A stretch of 55,620 nucleotides of DNA, counting the filler, from Sluysia triapertura (lineage: Eukaryota): the NCBI GenBank assembly GCA_046118255.1. It is 4 parts of 4 records of this genome, joined end to end, with 100 filler letters (N's around TTAATTAATTAA, not from the genome) between each part and the next. Parts side by side here need not be neighbours in the genome. Positions count along the whole stretch, not along the records: positions 39,013 to 55,620 come from JBJNIA010200153.1; 3 more parts are not named here. The stretch is one strand, 5' to 3'. Each line of letters begins with the position of its first letter. Position 1 is the stretch's first letter. Shown here in pieces: positions 39,625 through 51,405 of the stretch. The notes beneath the pieces are model-generated. The model saw nothing but the letters and a program-made list of their open reading frames with translations. It did no database searches and was not told the origin of the DNA. The position numbers were made by a program, and so were the translations under genes.

Positions 39625-40330
39625 GATTAATAATAATAATATATTAATTTATATTGCGCTCATATCTACTGCGAAAGTACTCAAAAGCGCTTAAAGTAAA
39701 TAATTAACCGTAATATTTCTGAAACAGAAAGAACTTTGCTTTTTTCTTAAATATTTCATAGTCTTCAAGCAATTTGTATATTTTTGAGACAAACAGTATA
39801 CAACCTATCACCTAGCTTGTTATCACTTTCGATCCTGTATAGATTATTGTGTCAATGAAATATTCATCTTGGTTTCCAATTTTCGTATTATTTCTAAAAG
39901 GTATTCAGGACTTCCGTAACGTAAGCATTTGTAAATTATTGTCATGATTTTAAATTCTATTTTTACTTTCATTGGCAACCAATGTAATTCTTTAAGATAA
40001 GGTGTTATATGAGATCTTCCAACTTGGAGAATTAATTTTGCTGCTTGATTAATTATTAATTGTAATTTTCACTTTCTATCTGAAATTGAAAATCTATGTT
40101 GCTAATTCTCATTGAGTGAACAATAAGTTTAGCTGTTTCTTTATTAATATTTTCGAATATGTGATATCTTATTTAATTGATATTTACACTTTTTAACAAT
40201 ACAATTAATATTTTCTTCCATGTTCATTTTTGAATCGTATAATAACCTATATTTCGTACTTTCTGCTTTGCATCGAGTGTCTTGAAATATTTTAACTGAA
40301 AATTTCTCAATAAAAACTTATTTCAAAAAC
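39625..40330 (-). mobile_element. L2-clade LINE 3' fragment
   Basis: KLQLIINQAAKLI...RSHITPYLKELHWLP...IEFKIMT...FKKKAKFFLFQKYY* followed by an L2-type tail. Confidence 0.88.
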
Positions 40331-40479
40331 TTTAACTATACATTTAGTTGGCTATATTTTTATTGTAATATAAAATATATTGTAATATATTGTAATAATT
40401 GAAAAATTAATTTTGTTATTTGAACTAAGATAACAATTTATGCAGACTATACAGTGAGAATACAATAAGTGATACTTTA

Positions 40480-40546
40480 TGTTAGACTTCATAAAATGGA
40501 CTGACCGGGAATCGAAACCGTCCCTCTCGCCGCACAGTTCGATGAA
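40480..40546 (-). repeat. tRNA-derived (3' half) SINE-like repeat, copy 2
   Basis: ttcatcgaactgtgcggcgagagggacggtttcgattcccggtcagtccattttatgaagtctaaca on the minus strand. Confidence 0.75.
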
Positions 40547-40829
40547 AAAAACATGTATTAATATATTATGTAAAATTCTTCCCTATTTAAGGAAGGAAGG
40601 TCTTTTCAATTTCACTGTAAGAATCAGGGATTTTTCGACAGACTTTGTCTTCGCTATGGTATTAAGAAGTTTTATTATTATCATCTTTGTATTTTCACTA
40701 TGGTCTTGCAAAGTTTCACCATAGTCTTTAAGCCTTCACTGTAGTTTATAACTGTTGTCTTTTTAATCTTCACCATAGACCTATTTGTTTATACTAGTGA
40801 ATTATTTTTAGGTCATGATGTTTTTTATT

Positions 40830-41050
40830 TGTTCCCATCATTTCAGAACGCATTAGCTGGTGACTCCACAGCCAGTTTCAGACAATTTTTATAATATATT
40901 ATAAAAATTGTGCTTGTGTTTTATGTATGCCGTTTGATGATTTGATACTTTGTATAAGATTCTGTTGATGTTTGCCTATGATTAGAGTGTTTTGATTTGT
41001 AGTTTACCATAGTATTTATTATAAACTCAAAAATAAACAAAGCATCCAGA
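40830..41050 (-). mobile_element. Mariner relic, same subfamily as 30600-31090
   Basis: MLCLF remnant; block tgttgatgtttgcc...attagagtgttttgatt shared with 30823-30857. Confidence 0.55.
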
Positions 41051-41102
41051 TTGTAATAAATCTGAACCAAAAATCATTATTAAGCCTCTTTTTAAAACAA
41101 TA

Positions 41103-41182
41103 TTAACACATTATGAGCGGGGCGGGTATTAGTACCCGTTTTATGTACTGTCACTTAAGAATACCCGCTCATAATGTGTTAA
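41103..41182. mobile_element. Tiny piggyBac-like MITE
   Basis: TTAA-CACATTATGAGCGGG...CCCGCTCATAATGTG-TTAA. Confidence 0.82.
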
Positions 41183-41863
41183 GTTATTTTTCACTGTAAG
41201 ACAAAAAAAAGAAAATTTGTTATTATTTGTACCTAATACATTGAAAATACTATTTTTGGAAATTTATATTAAGAGAAGAAAATTTAAGAAACCTGCATTG
41301 GGTATTTTCAAATAATTTTATAAATTAAATTTAGTATAATAAAATTATAACCTAAATTTGTATTTTAGCACCATTCGTTTATGCGTTATCTAAAATAAAT
41401 TTTTAGTCAATCATTTTGATTTTGTGAAGTTTGAAAAATATTTCAGTTTCATTTCTAACGATAAATTAAATTAAGGATTAAAAATAACTCGTTAATATTT
41501 AAGTTTTGTAAAGATTGAGATTTTTATAAATCACGAATAATTTTAAGATTAAATCAAGTAAATGTTTAAAATAAATTTTTATTTTTTAAATAATTATGAA
41601 ACAAACATGAGTTATCGATTGAAAATAACAGATTGAAAAATACAAATTATTTTAAATAAAGTGATAAACTGTTACTGTTTAAGTTCAAAACTAAAATTTT
41701 TATCAATCACTAATCACAATTAAAAGAGTAGTTTTAATTTCGATGTGGAATCATCACATAAGGATAATTTATTAAATTTATAACTTAAAGTTATAAGATA
41801 CTTTATTTACTTCTTTTAACTTCACTAATAATAGTTAACATTACTTATAAGTTTAAAACATAC

Positions 41864-42048
41864 CCATTTTCAACAGCTAAATCAAAAAGTTCTACATAAA
41901 AGTGCTCATCTTCTTCATACGTTTCGTCATCTAAAATTTTAATAGCAATAGTGCACTGATTTTCATGTGGCAAAAATTTCAAAACACCACTTTGAGCGAC
42001 ATAATCACTTCCAGCTAATGCTGTTCCATCTGTTGTTTTATACTTTAC
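41864..42048 (-). CDS. NCX: Na+/Ca2+ exchanger exon, Calx-beta (CBD1) second half
   Basis: VKYKTTDGTALAGSDYVAQSGVLKFLPHENQCTIAIKILDDETYEEDEHFYVELFD; ttcag acceptor, gtatgt donor. Confidence 0.93.
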
Positions 42049-42379
42049 CTGAATAAATAGTTTACATATATGGAAGTGTTACAGTCAATAAATAAAAATA
42101 CGAATATGTTTGAGAAAAAATTTTAAAGTAATATGACAATTTATAATATATGAAGAATAATGACGCCTTCAGGATAATTTTCCAGATGTTTTATTATTTT
42201 AAAAATGAGGAAATTAATTAATTTTTAATTATTTCTAAAATGAAAACTCCTTTTATTTTAGAAATTATCATATTTTTTATTAATTATGTTGGGAAATTTA
42301 TTTAATGCACCATAAATTTAGAATATTTTAAAATATTCAAGATTATTTTCTATGCTATAAAAATATTAATTAGTTTGCT

Positions 42380-42556
42380 TTAACACATTCTATGCGAGCT
42401 ATTTTACTACAATCCAAGCTGAAAATATTTGCACAAAAAACAAATGTTTCAGTTTTTCATCTTATGATAATTTATTTATTAATTTATTAAAATATTTATT
42501 AAAATTATTACTATGTGCAGAACGTGTTAACTCCTTTCCCGCAAAGAATGTATTAA
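42380..42556. mobile_element. piggyBac-like MITE in the NCX intron
   Basis: TTAA-CACATTCTATGCG...CGCAAAGAATGTA-TTAA. Confidence 0.65.
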
Positions 42557-42559
42557 TAA

Positions 42560-43260
42560 TTATTTAAATGTCATGAAGAAGATATACGGTTAGCAATTCT
42601 GGTTAAGCTTCAATACAAAAAAGATAACACATAAGGTCAAAACATTACAGATTTATATTTCCAGAATGTTTAAAATGAAAAAGTTGCTCAAAAAAGCATT
42701 ATTAAGAGATAGCACATCTTTTATGAGTTATCTAAAAATAACTTTGATAAAAATGTAAGTCATTCAACAAATAAAAGGTTAATGAAATGATTATTTTCAC
42801 AAGCCTTGGTACGAAAATCTCAACTTGCTACATAAGTCACAAAAAAATTAATGATTAGAACGAAAAAATCGTAAATTTAACAAATGAAAAATGTCATTTT
42901 TAGATGAATCAAAATGCGAAATAATTTCTGTTGAAAAAAGAAAAATAAATAATCTATTTTCGTATCTCAAGAAACAATGAAATTCCCGGCATCAAGTATG
43001 ACATTAATATGTATTTCAGTTAGAAGTACAAGATTCGATGCTATTTTGGAAATTTAAAGATTGCAGAACTCTTAAGAGAATTATGTATAAAAGCAAGACA
43101 ACTTTCAAAAAGAAGTGTTAAAATAACTGTCATTAACTGGCTACAAAATTCAGAAGATCTTGAAATTTCGAAAAGTAAACCGCAAAGGAAAAGTTTACAT
43201 AACTTGGTAATCCCAAAAATATAAAAAATTATTTGTTTTGGTTCAACATTTATACACATC
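42560..43260 (+). mobile_element. Tc1-like transposase relic in the NCX intron
   Basis: KNVIF-DESKCEI (first catalytic Asp motif) and MTLICIS (VMVWGCIS remnant). Confidence 0.6.
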
Positions 43261-43695
43261 ATGTTTTCCTAAAATATTAATAGTTAAGTGCTTGAATACC
43301 AGTGTTTCTTATAAAAAAATATTTAATACAATATCTTTTCAAAACTGAGGATTATATTATTGATGTACATGTTTGTGTATTTCTTTTAAAATAATTTAAC
43401 TATTTATGGCCTGAAAGGATGCTTTTGGTTTCTTAGAAATAAGTAAATTAATGTTATAACAGAATCAAAATTAGGTCCAACTATTACTATATTAAATCAT
43501 TACACAGATTCAATAGTGCAAACACATTAAATTAAAAATATTCATTGATCAACTCGAAACATTATTATAAATTTAAATATTTGTAACTGTAGATAAACGA
43601 AAATATTAAACCTTTGCAAAAATACTTTATAATCTATAAATAAAGCATTTTATATATTTTTTATACTATTCAGTACAAATACAACGAAAACAAAC

Positions 43696-43889
43696 ATTTA
43701 AAGTTGATTCCATATATCCACCACTTCGTTTAACTATCATGTTTACTAATCGAGCATTTTCCATCACCGTATAGTGCAGCGGATCAAAATAAACAACTTG
43801 TTCTTTCATATTTTTATTTCCTTCAGAACCTTCATCGTCAACCACATTTTGTAATTTAAGCAAATATTCTGACATAATGTTAACCCCAC
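43696..43889 (-). CDS. NCX: Na+/Ca2+ exchanger exon, start of CBD1
   Basis: GGVNIMSEY...VVYFDPLHYTVMENARLVNMIVKRSGGYMESTLN; ttgcag acceptor; phase-0 donor joins 42048 in frame. Confidence 0.92.
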
Positions 43890-44199
43890 CTGCAAAACAT
43901 ACGATTGAATATTGTAAAATTTATGTAAATCACTATAAAAACTTACAAGCATTAAATGAAAAATTTATGCGAATAATTTTAATTATCTGTATTAAATGAA
44001 TTCATCATTAAGTACATAAATGCTCAGTTCAGTATCTAAATCGTTAACAAATTGAAGCAATTTTTCTCTACCTATTTTGAATGTGGTATTTTTATGTAAA
44101 ATTTAATAAATTAGATAGTACTGTAACGATGATAATTTACTTTCGACGTCAGTATATACTTAACAAATTAGCTAATTGGGACGGGAAAAATATGATTTT

Positions 44200-44940
44200 G
44201 GAAAGTGGCGTGCATCAAACATCGAATTCTTTTCGTTTATGAAATTATGCTGATAAAATATGTAGTCTTTTGCTCGTGCAAAAGTTTACTAAAGTGGCTT
44301 TTGGAATCTGATTTGGAACCAGAAAAAAGTACAATAGACCGTTGCGAAATCATAAAATATTATATTAATAAACCTGGAATGTTTAAATATAACATAGAAA
44401 CTCAATCATCATAAACAATACTACACATTCATAACATCTTAACAACAACTCGATTAACACTTTCAACCATTCACTCCACACATTACTTCGATATTTAATC
44501 TCGAATAATTCATAATACTCACTCATAAGATACTCTATCAAACAAACCATAACCATAATACATTATACAGAAATCATAAATACAATAACACCATTTAACA
44601 ACGTTAACAAATACTTCAGAAATAGAAAACATTTACATTAAAATCTTTAACCAACCACACCAAGTTAAAGCTACTTCATTTATACATATCCATTATCATC
44701 AACATTTATTCCTAATAACATTATAAACACGTTAAGATTATTTCGTAATCGTCTTTTAAAACTAAAATAACTTTGACCTTTCATTAAGCATCTCAAACTT
44801 ATTTTTAATTACAAACTTTTAATAAATTTCAATAAGCTTTCCTAACATTATTCTTTTCAATTACAACTCGATTCATTCCTATTTCATTTAAAGACAGACA
44901 ATTAAGCTTTTAACAATTCATTATCTTAATAAGAAGCAAC
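44200..44940 (+). mobile_element. Mariner relic with extreme G depletion of the sense strand
   Basis: HRILFVYE, TIDRCEI, QPF..HIT, FIPNNIIN and YS.QL..D.FLFHLK remnants in mariner order; 10 G vs 73 C in 44401-44700. Confidence 0.65.
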
Positions 44941-45333
44941 AACGATAGCGGAGACATAATATACCTCGCTATCGTTGTTCTTTCTCGCTATTGAATCAGT
45001 TTTATTTCTCTAATTTTTATATATATGTATATAGAAGGTAAAGAATACAACAGAAGAAAGATCGTGTTAAAGTTTCAATGGGTATTTTATGCGATCTTTA
45101 ATTAATAATAATGATAATAACAATGTTATTATTGTTATTATTATTATTATTCTTTTCAATTAAAAACATAAAATTAATTTTTGTTGTCGCCATCATCAAT
45201 AGTGACACTTCATTTATTATGTTCATTTGCATGTCACTATTGATGATGGTTTAGTATCATAAAACAAGCAATTCGTCAACATCCAATCACAACAAAAAAA
45301 CTATACATAATACCATACAAGTTGTGATTGGAT
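44938..45333. repeat. Three perfect short inverted repeats (13, 18 and 13 bp arms)
   Basis: 44938-44979, 45190-45249 and 45281-45333. Confidence 0.9.
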
Positions 45334-46637
45334 AACCAATGACATCATGGATAAAAAATAAAATTTCATTTTAGTCACAATTTTACAAGACAATCAAAAA
45401 ATTCAGACAAAAACTAAAATTAGTAAAAAAATTAGCAGCTCAACCAAATCATCGTTAAAAATTGCAGTAATATTGATTAAAATCTCGTCAAATCAATATG
45501 AACAAAAAGATTTACGAGAATATCCGATACTAAATTGAATAAACAGTGAAGCATTTTACTCTTTTTCAAACGACATAATATTTCATACTCCGGACGATAA
45601 AAATTTGACTATCTTGGTATATAAATAAAAATGGAAGTCTTTCGATATAAATAAACGAAAATAAGGAAAAAAATTATTATTACATTGTTATTAAGGAATA
45701 TGTTATTATTAGGAATACATATCGTAAAATAATCGAATAAAATAGAATGAATGATTATTAAGGAACCATTCGGACTCTGGTATTTAATCTGAACATAATT
45801 TTCCTATATTAGAAGTTATTAAAATTAAAGAAAATTAGATCAAAAGTTACTTTGTTAGTTATTTAAGGAAATATATTATGTTGCAAAAATTTTTTTTAAA
45901 CTAAAATGTGTTTATTGAAAAATGTTAATTAGTCAAATCATTTATTTTTAGAAGACTAGTAACTTGCCAAGACTTATCGAATTTAATCTACATTAATTTG
46001 ACAAATGAATGTCGATTTCATGAAAACAATGCATTCCAGTGCTTTGATTGTTTAATATGTATTACTAATTTCAGGGATATTTTACAAAAGCCGCAAAATT
46101 AGTGTCGTCTAGCATCATTGAGTGGAAAGTAATGCATTAGATTCGAGTTAATATTATTACAGGATAATGATTATTCATTACTTAGTTTCTAATTGATTTA
46201 ATTTTTTTGGACATGACGGTTTTGCTTGAGCTTCTTTTCTAGAATTTTATGTTAAATAGTGATCTATAAGTTAAATCTTACCTAATAGATGTTTGATTTA
46301 TAATTTAACATTAATTTTTTATAACATCCATTTGGAATATTTAACTTTTACTGTGATAACTGATATTTATTACGCTAATTGATGTTTGCTGTGATACTTG
46401 ATAAATTATTAGGTTGACAAGGATGAAATTTGTAGTTAAAAATATTGCCAACTTTAACAACTTATTGTTTGACAATGGCTAAATACTTTTGCGTTGTGTT
46501 GTTTGTTGAAAATTTAGGTATCTCACATTTTTAAAGAAATCTTTGTAAGCTCTAAAAGTATGAAAATATTTTTTAAAAATTAATTTTGTTCAAAATTGAA
46601 TGGTCAAAAGTTCATAATATTATGAATAATGAGTTAC

Positions 46638-47306
46638 TATTGGGTTGGTGCATAAGTTCGTGCGGTTTTTTACAATTGTGAAAAATGAGTAGTGACCAAG
46701 AATAAAAACCATGAAAAAAAACTTCCAGATTCCAAAATTAATTTATTAAATCATTAGAAAAAGCAAATATCTCAGCAGATTGATGGCGAACGAGAAAGAT
46801 GCAGAAATCGAAACACGTTAATTTTTGTTACTTTTTTTAGAATGTGAGGTACCTATGATCCAAGCTTTTGAACTTTTCCAATTTTTTTGAGATGTCGAGG
46901 CTTGTCCAAGCACTCCTGTAGATTGACGCGGATCATCATGAATCAATTAGTTCAAAAAATCTTCATCAAAGTCACTATGTCGACCTGACTAAGGTGCATC
47001 GTTTACGTCAAAATTTCCAATGTTAAATTTCGAAAGCCACTTTTGTGCTGTTCGTCATTGACTGCCTTTTCTCCATAAACGCAACAAATCATTCTGGTGG
47101 CTTCTGCTGAACTTAAATGTTGATTAAAATAGATAAGAAGTGGATTCCGGTAATATTCTTGTTTATCCACCTGAAGATAATGAAAGTGAAAGTTAGTCTT
47201 AAATGATTTAAATAGATAATACAGCTAAATGATTATAACTCAAATCAGTTAAAACAAGACCTTGGTACGTTTTCTCTGAAACAAATAAAAATGCACCAAC
47301 CCAATA
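46638..47306 (-). mobile_element. Internally deleted mariner with both TIRs
   Basis: TA-TTGGGTTGGTGCAT TIRs at both ends; SAEATRMICCVYGE, RTAQKW...GNFDVNDAP*SGR and KLGS*VPH. Confidence 0.93.
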
Positions 47307-47309
47307 GGT

Positions 47310-48095
47310 GGATCGCGCGAAACATTAAGTTTGTATTTGGCTGTAATGTTACTATACAGCAGACAGTATTAAATTTGATCTCCAAATTTGTGCAGGTAAA
47401 TTTGATCATGTGGTCGCTAAGTATCAAAGGTCACTGTTGAGTCTGATCCATCTAAAAGTGTCTATGAATTATCGTTGAACTTTGGTGTCAGCAAACAAAT
47501 AATATTAACTCATTTAGCTCAAATTGGTAAAGTGAAAATTTGGCTCAGTTGGTTTCACATTTGGAATCAAAAGTATTTGGAAGCTATATTGATGTTGCTT
47601 TTCGTCAGAAATCTTATCCGTTTTTGAATCGAATTGTTACTTATGATGAGAAATCGATCAAGTATGACAATCTCAAACGTTCAAAGCAGTGATTGGATAG
47701 GGATGAATCACCTAAACATACTCAAAAACCAAATATTCATCAAAAGAATCTGAAGTGTAATCCATTATGATTTCATGAAACTTGGTTAATCGACCGCAAC
47801 AACCAACTGGACAAAACTTAAATTCAAAGAACATATATTGGTCAATAGATTGACTTCTATCTTATAGCATGATAACGCTAAATCACACACTGAACAAATA
47901 AGGGTGGCAAAACTACAGTAATTGGAGTTGGAACTTCATCATCTTCCATACTTACCAAACATAAGCTCCACTGATTACTACTTTTTCCGCAATTTGGACA
48001 ACTTTTTAATTGAAAAACAATTTAATTCCTACAATTATGCATAACTAGCCTTCCAGGAATTTATTGACTCTCATCTACCAGGATTTTATACCATC
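47310..48095 (+). mobile_element. Mariner (DD34D) transposase pseudogene, relatively young
   Basis: PFLNRIVTYDEK, HDNAKSH and HLPYLPN.APTDYYFF motifs; balanced composition (30 G, 28 C in 47581-47760). Confidence 0.93.
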
Positions 48096-49159
48096 TGAAC
48101 AACCTTTTCTAATGTGAATTAATTGAATAATAGTGTATAATATTTAGTAATTAGGTTCTATGTAGTTGATGTTGGTCTTTCCAAGAATAAGAAGTTAAAC
48201 CGAATGGATTATATTAAAAATGAAAGTCTCATTCATGTTACTTAAAATTTTCCTAAGAAGATTGATGTTATTAAGTGAGCTTTGTTGTGTCTTTATGCAA
48301 AAATATTGAAATATAATTCAAAAATTAAATTAATGCAAAATCTCAATATATTTTTTAATTATCACAATAAATTGTCGACTACTCTTTTATAACAATTTAC
48401 CTTCAATATATAAATTCAACAATTATAAAGCACTATCTTACGTAGTAACTCTATAAAATGTTAATGACCGTTAAATAACAAGAATAATAAGCATCGGTTA
48501 TTAACCTCAGCAGTAAAAGAAAACTTAAAAAGTTTATTCTTCAATCACAGTGTTTACCACAAATGTGGTGATGCAGCCATCGTAATGGAAATAAAGCTTT
48601 ATATTTTAAATTTTTTGATTTGTGCATATGTCTAGTTCTTATTTAATTATAAAAATTCGATCGTTTATATTATATTTGGGTAATTGCGAGAAGATTAAAA
48701 ATGTGAAAATGGAATTAATTACTTCATATAATTAATTCACTCTTATATGAATAAGTCGACCAATTTCAATAATTAAATTTCGACATTAATTTCTGTCGGC
48801 ATCCATTTTTATTGTCTCCTGCAAATTCAACATAACGCAATCAAAATTTAATATAATTATTATAATTTAATATACATTATTTTAATATACATTATGTTAT
48901 TAAAGTAATGTCAATTTAAAATAAACATAATGCTAATTAAATACCCAATTTCTTTTCTATAGAAAAATTTTTATACAATATTTTTTGCGTCGATTTCTAA
49001 ACGTTTCTGAATATAGTTAATATATATCTTAATATATTTAATATATACCTTAACATTAAAGTATATAGCAACAATTTAATATATACTTTAATTATGCTTA
49101 GACTTTACAATATATATATAAATTCAATTTTAAAATATAACAATTAATTAATATAACTA

Positions 49160-51180
49160 ATTTTTTACTTTATCTGCGTCGACATGTTCCATATCATTAC
49201 AACATTAGGAATACTATAAAGTTCAACATTATAATTCTAATGTTATTTCATCACCTCTGACATTTTCATATAATTATTATATTCAATCATTTTTAAATAA
49301 ATTAATTAATAAATGTACTTTTATCTTTTATTCTATCATCGATGAGAATAAAGATATCCCACCACCCTTGTGTGAGAAATTTAATTTTTGTTACAATGAT
49401 GAATGTTATGTTTGTATTGGGAAGGTTCCTAATATATGACATCACACATTTAATGTGTGAAATTCGAGTTCCTGAATTTACTGCTCGTGAAGTATGGACG
49501 CCATGGGCATTTGGTAAAAATTTTATAATTATATATAGGCAACCATGTTCTGTTACAATTAAAGTTATGTATGATTTAAGTAATAAAGTATCGTTTAGTT
49601 TCAACTTTGCTAAAGTAAGTCTAATTTCTATCAAATTTTTTAGTACTTAATAAAAAATTTATACTCGTCGTTTCAGTTATACGATATAATATAATATAAT
49701 ACGACTTTGTCGTTATGTCAGTCATTTATTTTATTTCGGAATTTGTTAAAATATTATGTTATAAAGTGTAATAAAAAATTTCCTTTTGGATTTAATTTAA
49801 AGATTTAATTAAAGATTTATAATGTTGTATTATGTAATAACAACTTAAGTCTAATTAAACTTGCAAGACCTAAAATTTATACCCTCAATAATACTTACTT
49901 TATTTTTACACTATAAGCTGTAACCCTTATATCTATTTCATCAAATCCAACAGCTTTAATGTTATTTAATTTGAGTTTTAATTTCTATATATTCTTCTAT
50001 TAATCATCCTTGAATACAATGGCTTTTTGGCGAATGGAGATTGTTAGAGGATACGGTGTGTAAGGGTGTCGTAGCTTGTAAATTGAAAGGATCCACATTT
50101 TCTGAAGTTTTAGATAAAAACCTTATAAGTGCATTTATTAATTAATTTAATTGTTTGAAAATTATTTTTACTCAATAACTTTTTTATATCGTGGTGGCAT
50201 AAAATGAAATACAATGATAAAATTTATTCGTGGTATGAACACAAAGATAGCGCCAAATGCCTCGTTGTAGATAACGTAAAATAATTAGTTTCATTAATTT
50301 TTTCTTTTTGAAGTTAAATTACTGTGTATTATTATAAATCTATAAATCCACATGGTTATATGGATCTATGTGTGCATTTTATAAAAATTGATTTGACATT
50401 TTATATGTATTTGACTATGTTTTTGACTTTGACTTTTACCTGATAATTAATTATGTAGTAAAATTTCATTTGATTGTAAAATATTGATTTTCAGAAGTTT
50501 AAAATAATTATTTGGATAAACTAAATAAACGTAAGTAATTTTAAAATTAAATTATTTCTGAATTTAAGCATTTTTATTAAATCCTTATATTTTGTTATTA
50601 ATCATATATTTATTTAAACATTTTTGTTATTAAAATATTATATATTTACTTTGTTTAAATTATTAAAATATTTTAATGGAGTCAAGGTCGGTTCCAGAAC
50701 TACTATAAAATAACACAACGTTTACAATAGCTTTCAATACACGATTTTACAAAAATGCTTGGTATACAATTGGTGATTGAAAATTGTAATCAGAAGGAAC
50801 CGATTATTGAACAATTATTAATTAATCTTTAAATATTCGTTAGTTTACTTTTTTAAGGTGATACCTACTAGGTACAAAGGAAAATTTACTCAAAATCATT
50901 AATCTTAATAATTGTAGGACTATTTAAAGTTATATCATAAAATACTTATTAAAATAATCGTTTATTAAAGTAACTTAAAAAAGTTAATTTCGTAATTTAT
51001 TATTTCTTATTGTTGCACAATAATCTTTTAATGACGTACTTTAGTGACAAAGTTTTTTCTTATTTAGTGAATAATTAATCATATTTAAATTTTATAGATA
51101 TAAAATAATTAAAATTAATACCAGTTTTGAATTTATTCGGGATTTATCGAATTCGTAACATAAATCATTTAACGATTCCC
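49160..51180 (-). CDS. Unassigned multi-exon gene or pseudogene, possibly C2-domain containing
   Basis: ORF 49302..49634 (IRLTLAKLKLND..LKSYITLIVTE...GWWDIF) plus NYNVELYSIP resemble AIDA/PI3K-type C2 beta-sandwich motifs. Further GT-AG exons lie near 49900-50120, 50172-50280 and 51122-51180, but splice phases are not fully reconciled. Confidence 0.3.
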
Positions 51181-51259
51181 CTAAAATCATCACTAATAAT
51201 ATTTTAATTTAATCCTAAAATTTTTTGAAAGAAAACACATGCACTATGAATACATTTAA

Positions 51260-51405
51260 AGTGATTTAATTGCATCAACTCAAATTGAAACTTTAAGATT
51301 TGACCTCATACACTTGTTTGCTTTTAAAATCCAACGGCTAGCCCTAGCGTTGGTAAACTCACCATATTTATTCTTTATTCATAAGACAAGAAAAAATCCT
51401 GGCAA
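51260..51405. repeat. Dispersed repeat containing structured element copy D (core 51323-51362)
   Basis: Inverted homologue of 10925-11085; lacks the 15-nt inner hairpin. Confidence 0.85.

Noticed and set aside
1117-45538. TGA reassigned to Trp (in-frame TGA at 1117, 27413 minus in NR*SLEDIG, and 45536)
   Set aside because: Intact exons use TGG for Trp, and the same relic clusters also contain TAA/TAG stops and frameshifts. TGG-to-TGA decay explains these more simply.
49342-49650. Plus-strand 102-aa ORF
   Set aside because: Antisense shadow of the minus-strand exon cluster, where the splice signals lie.
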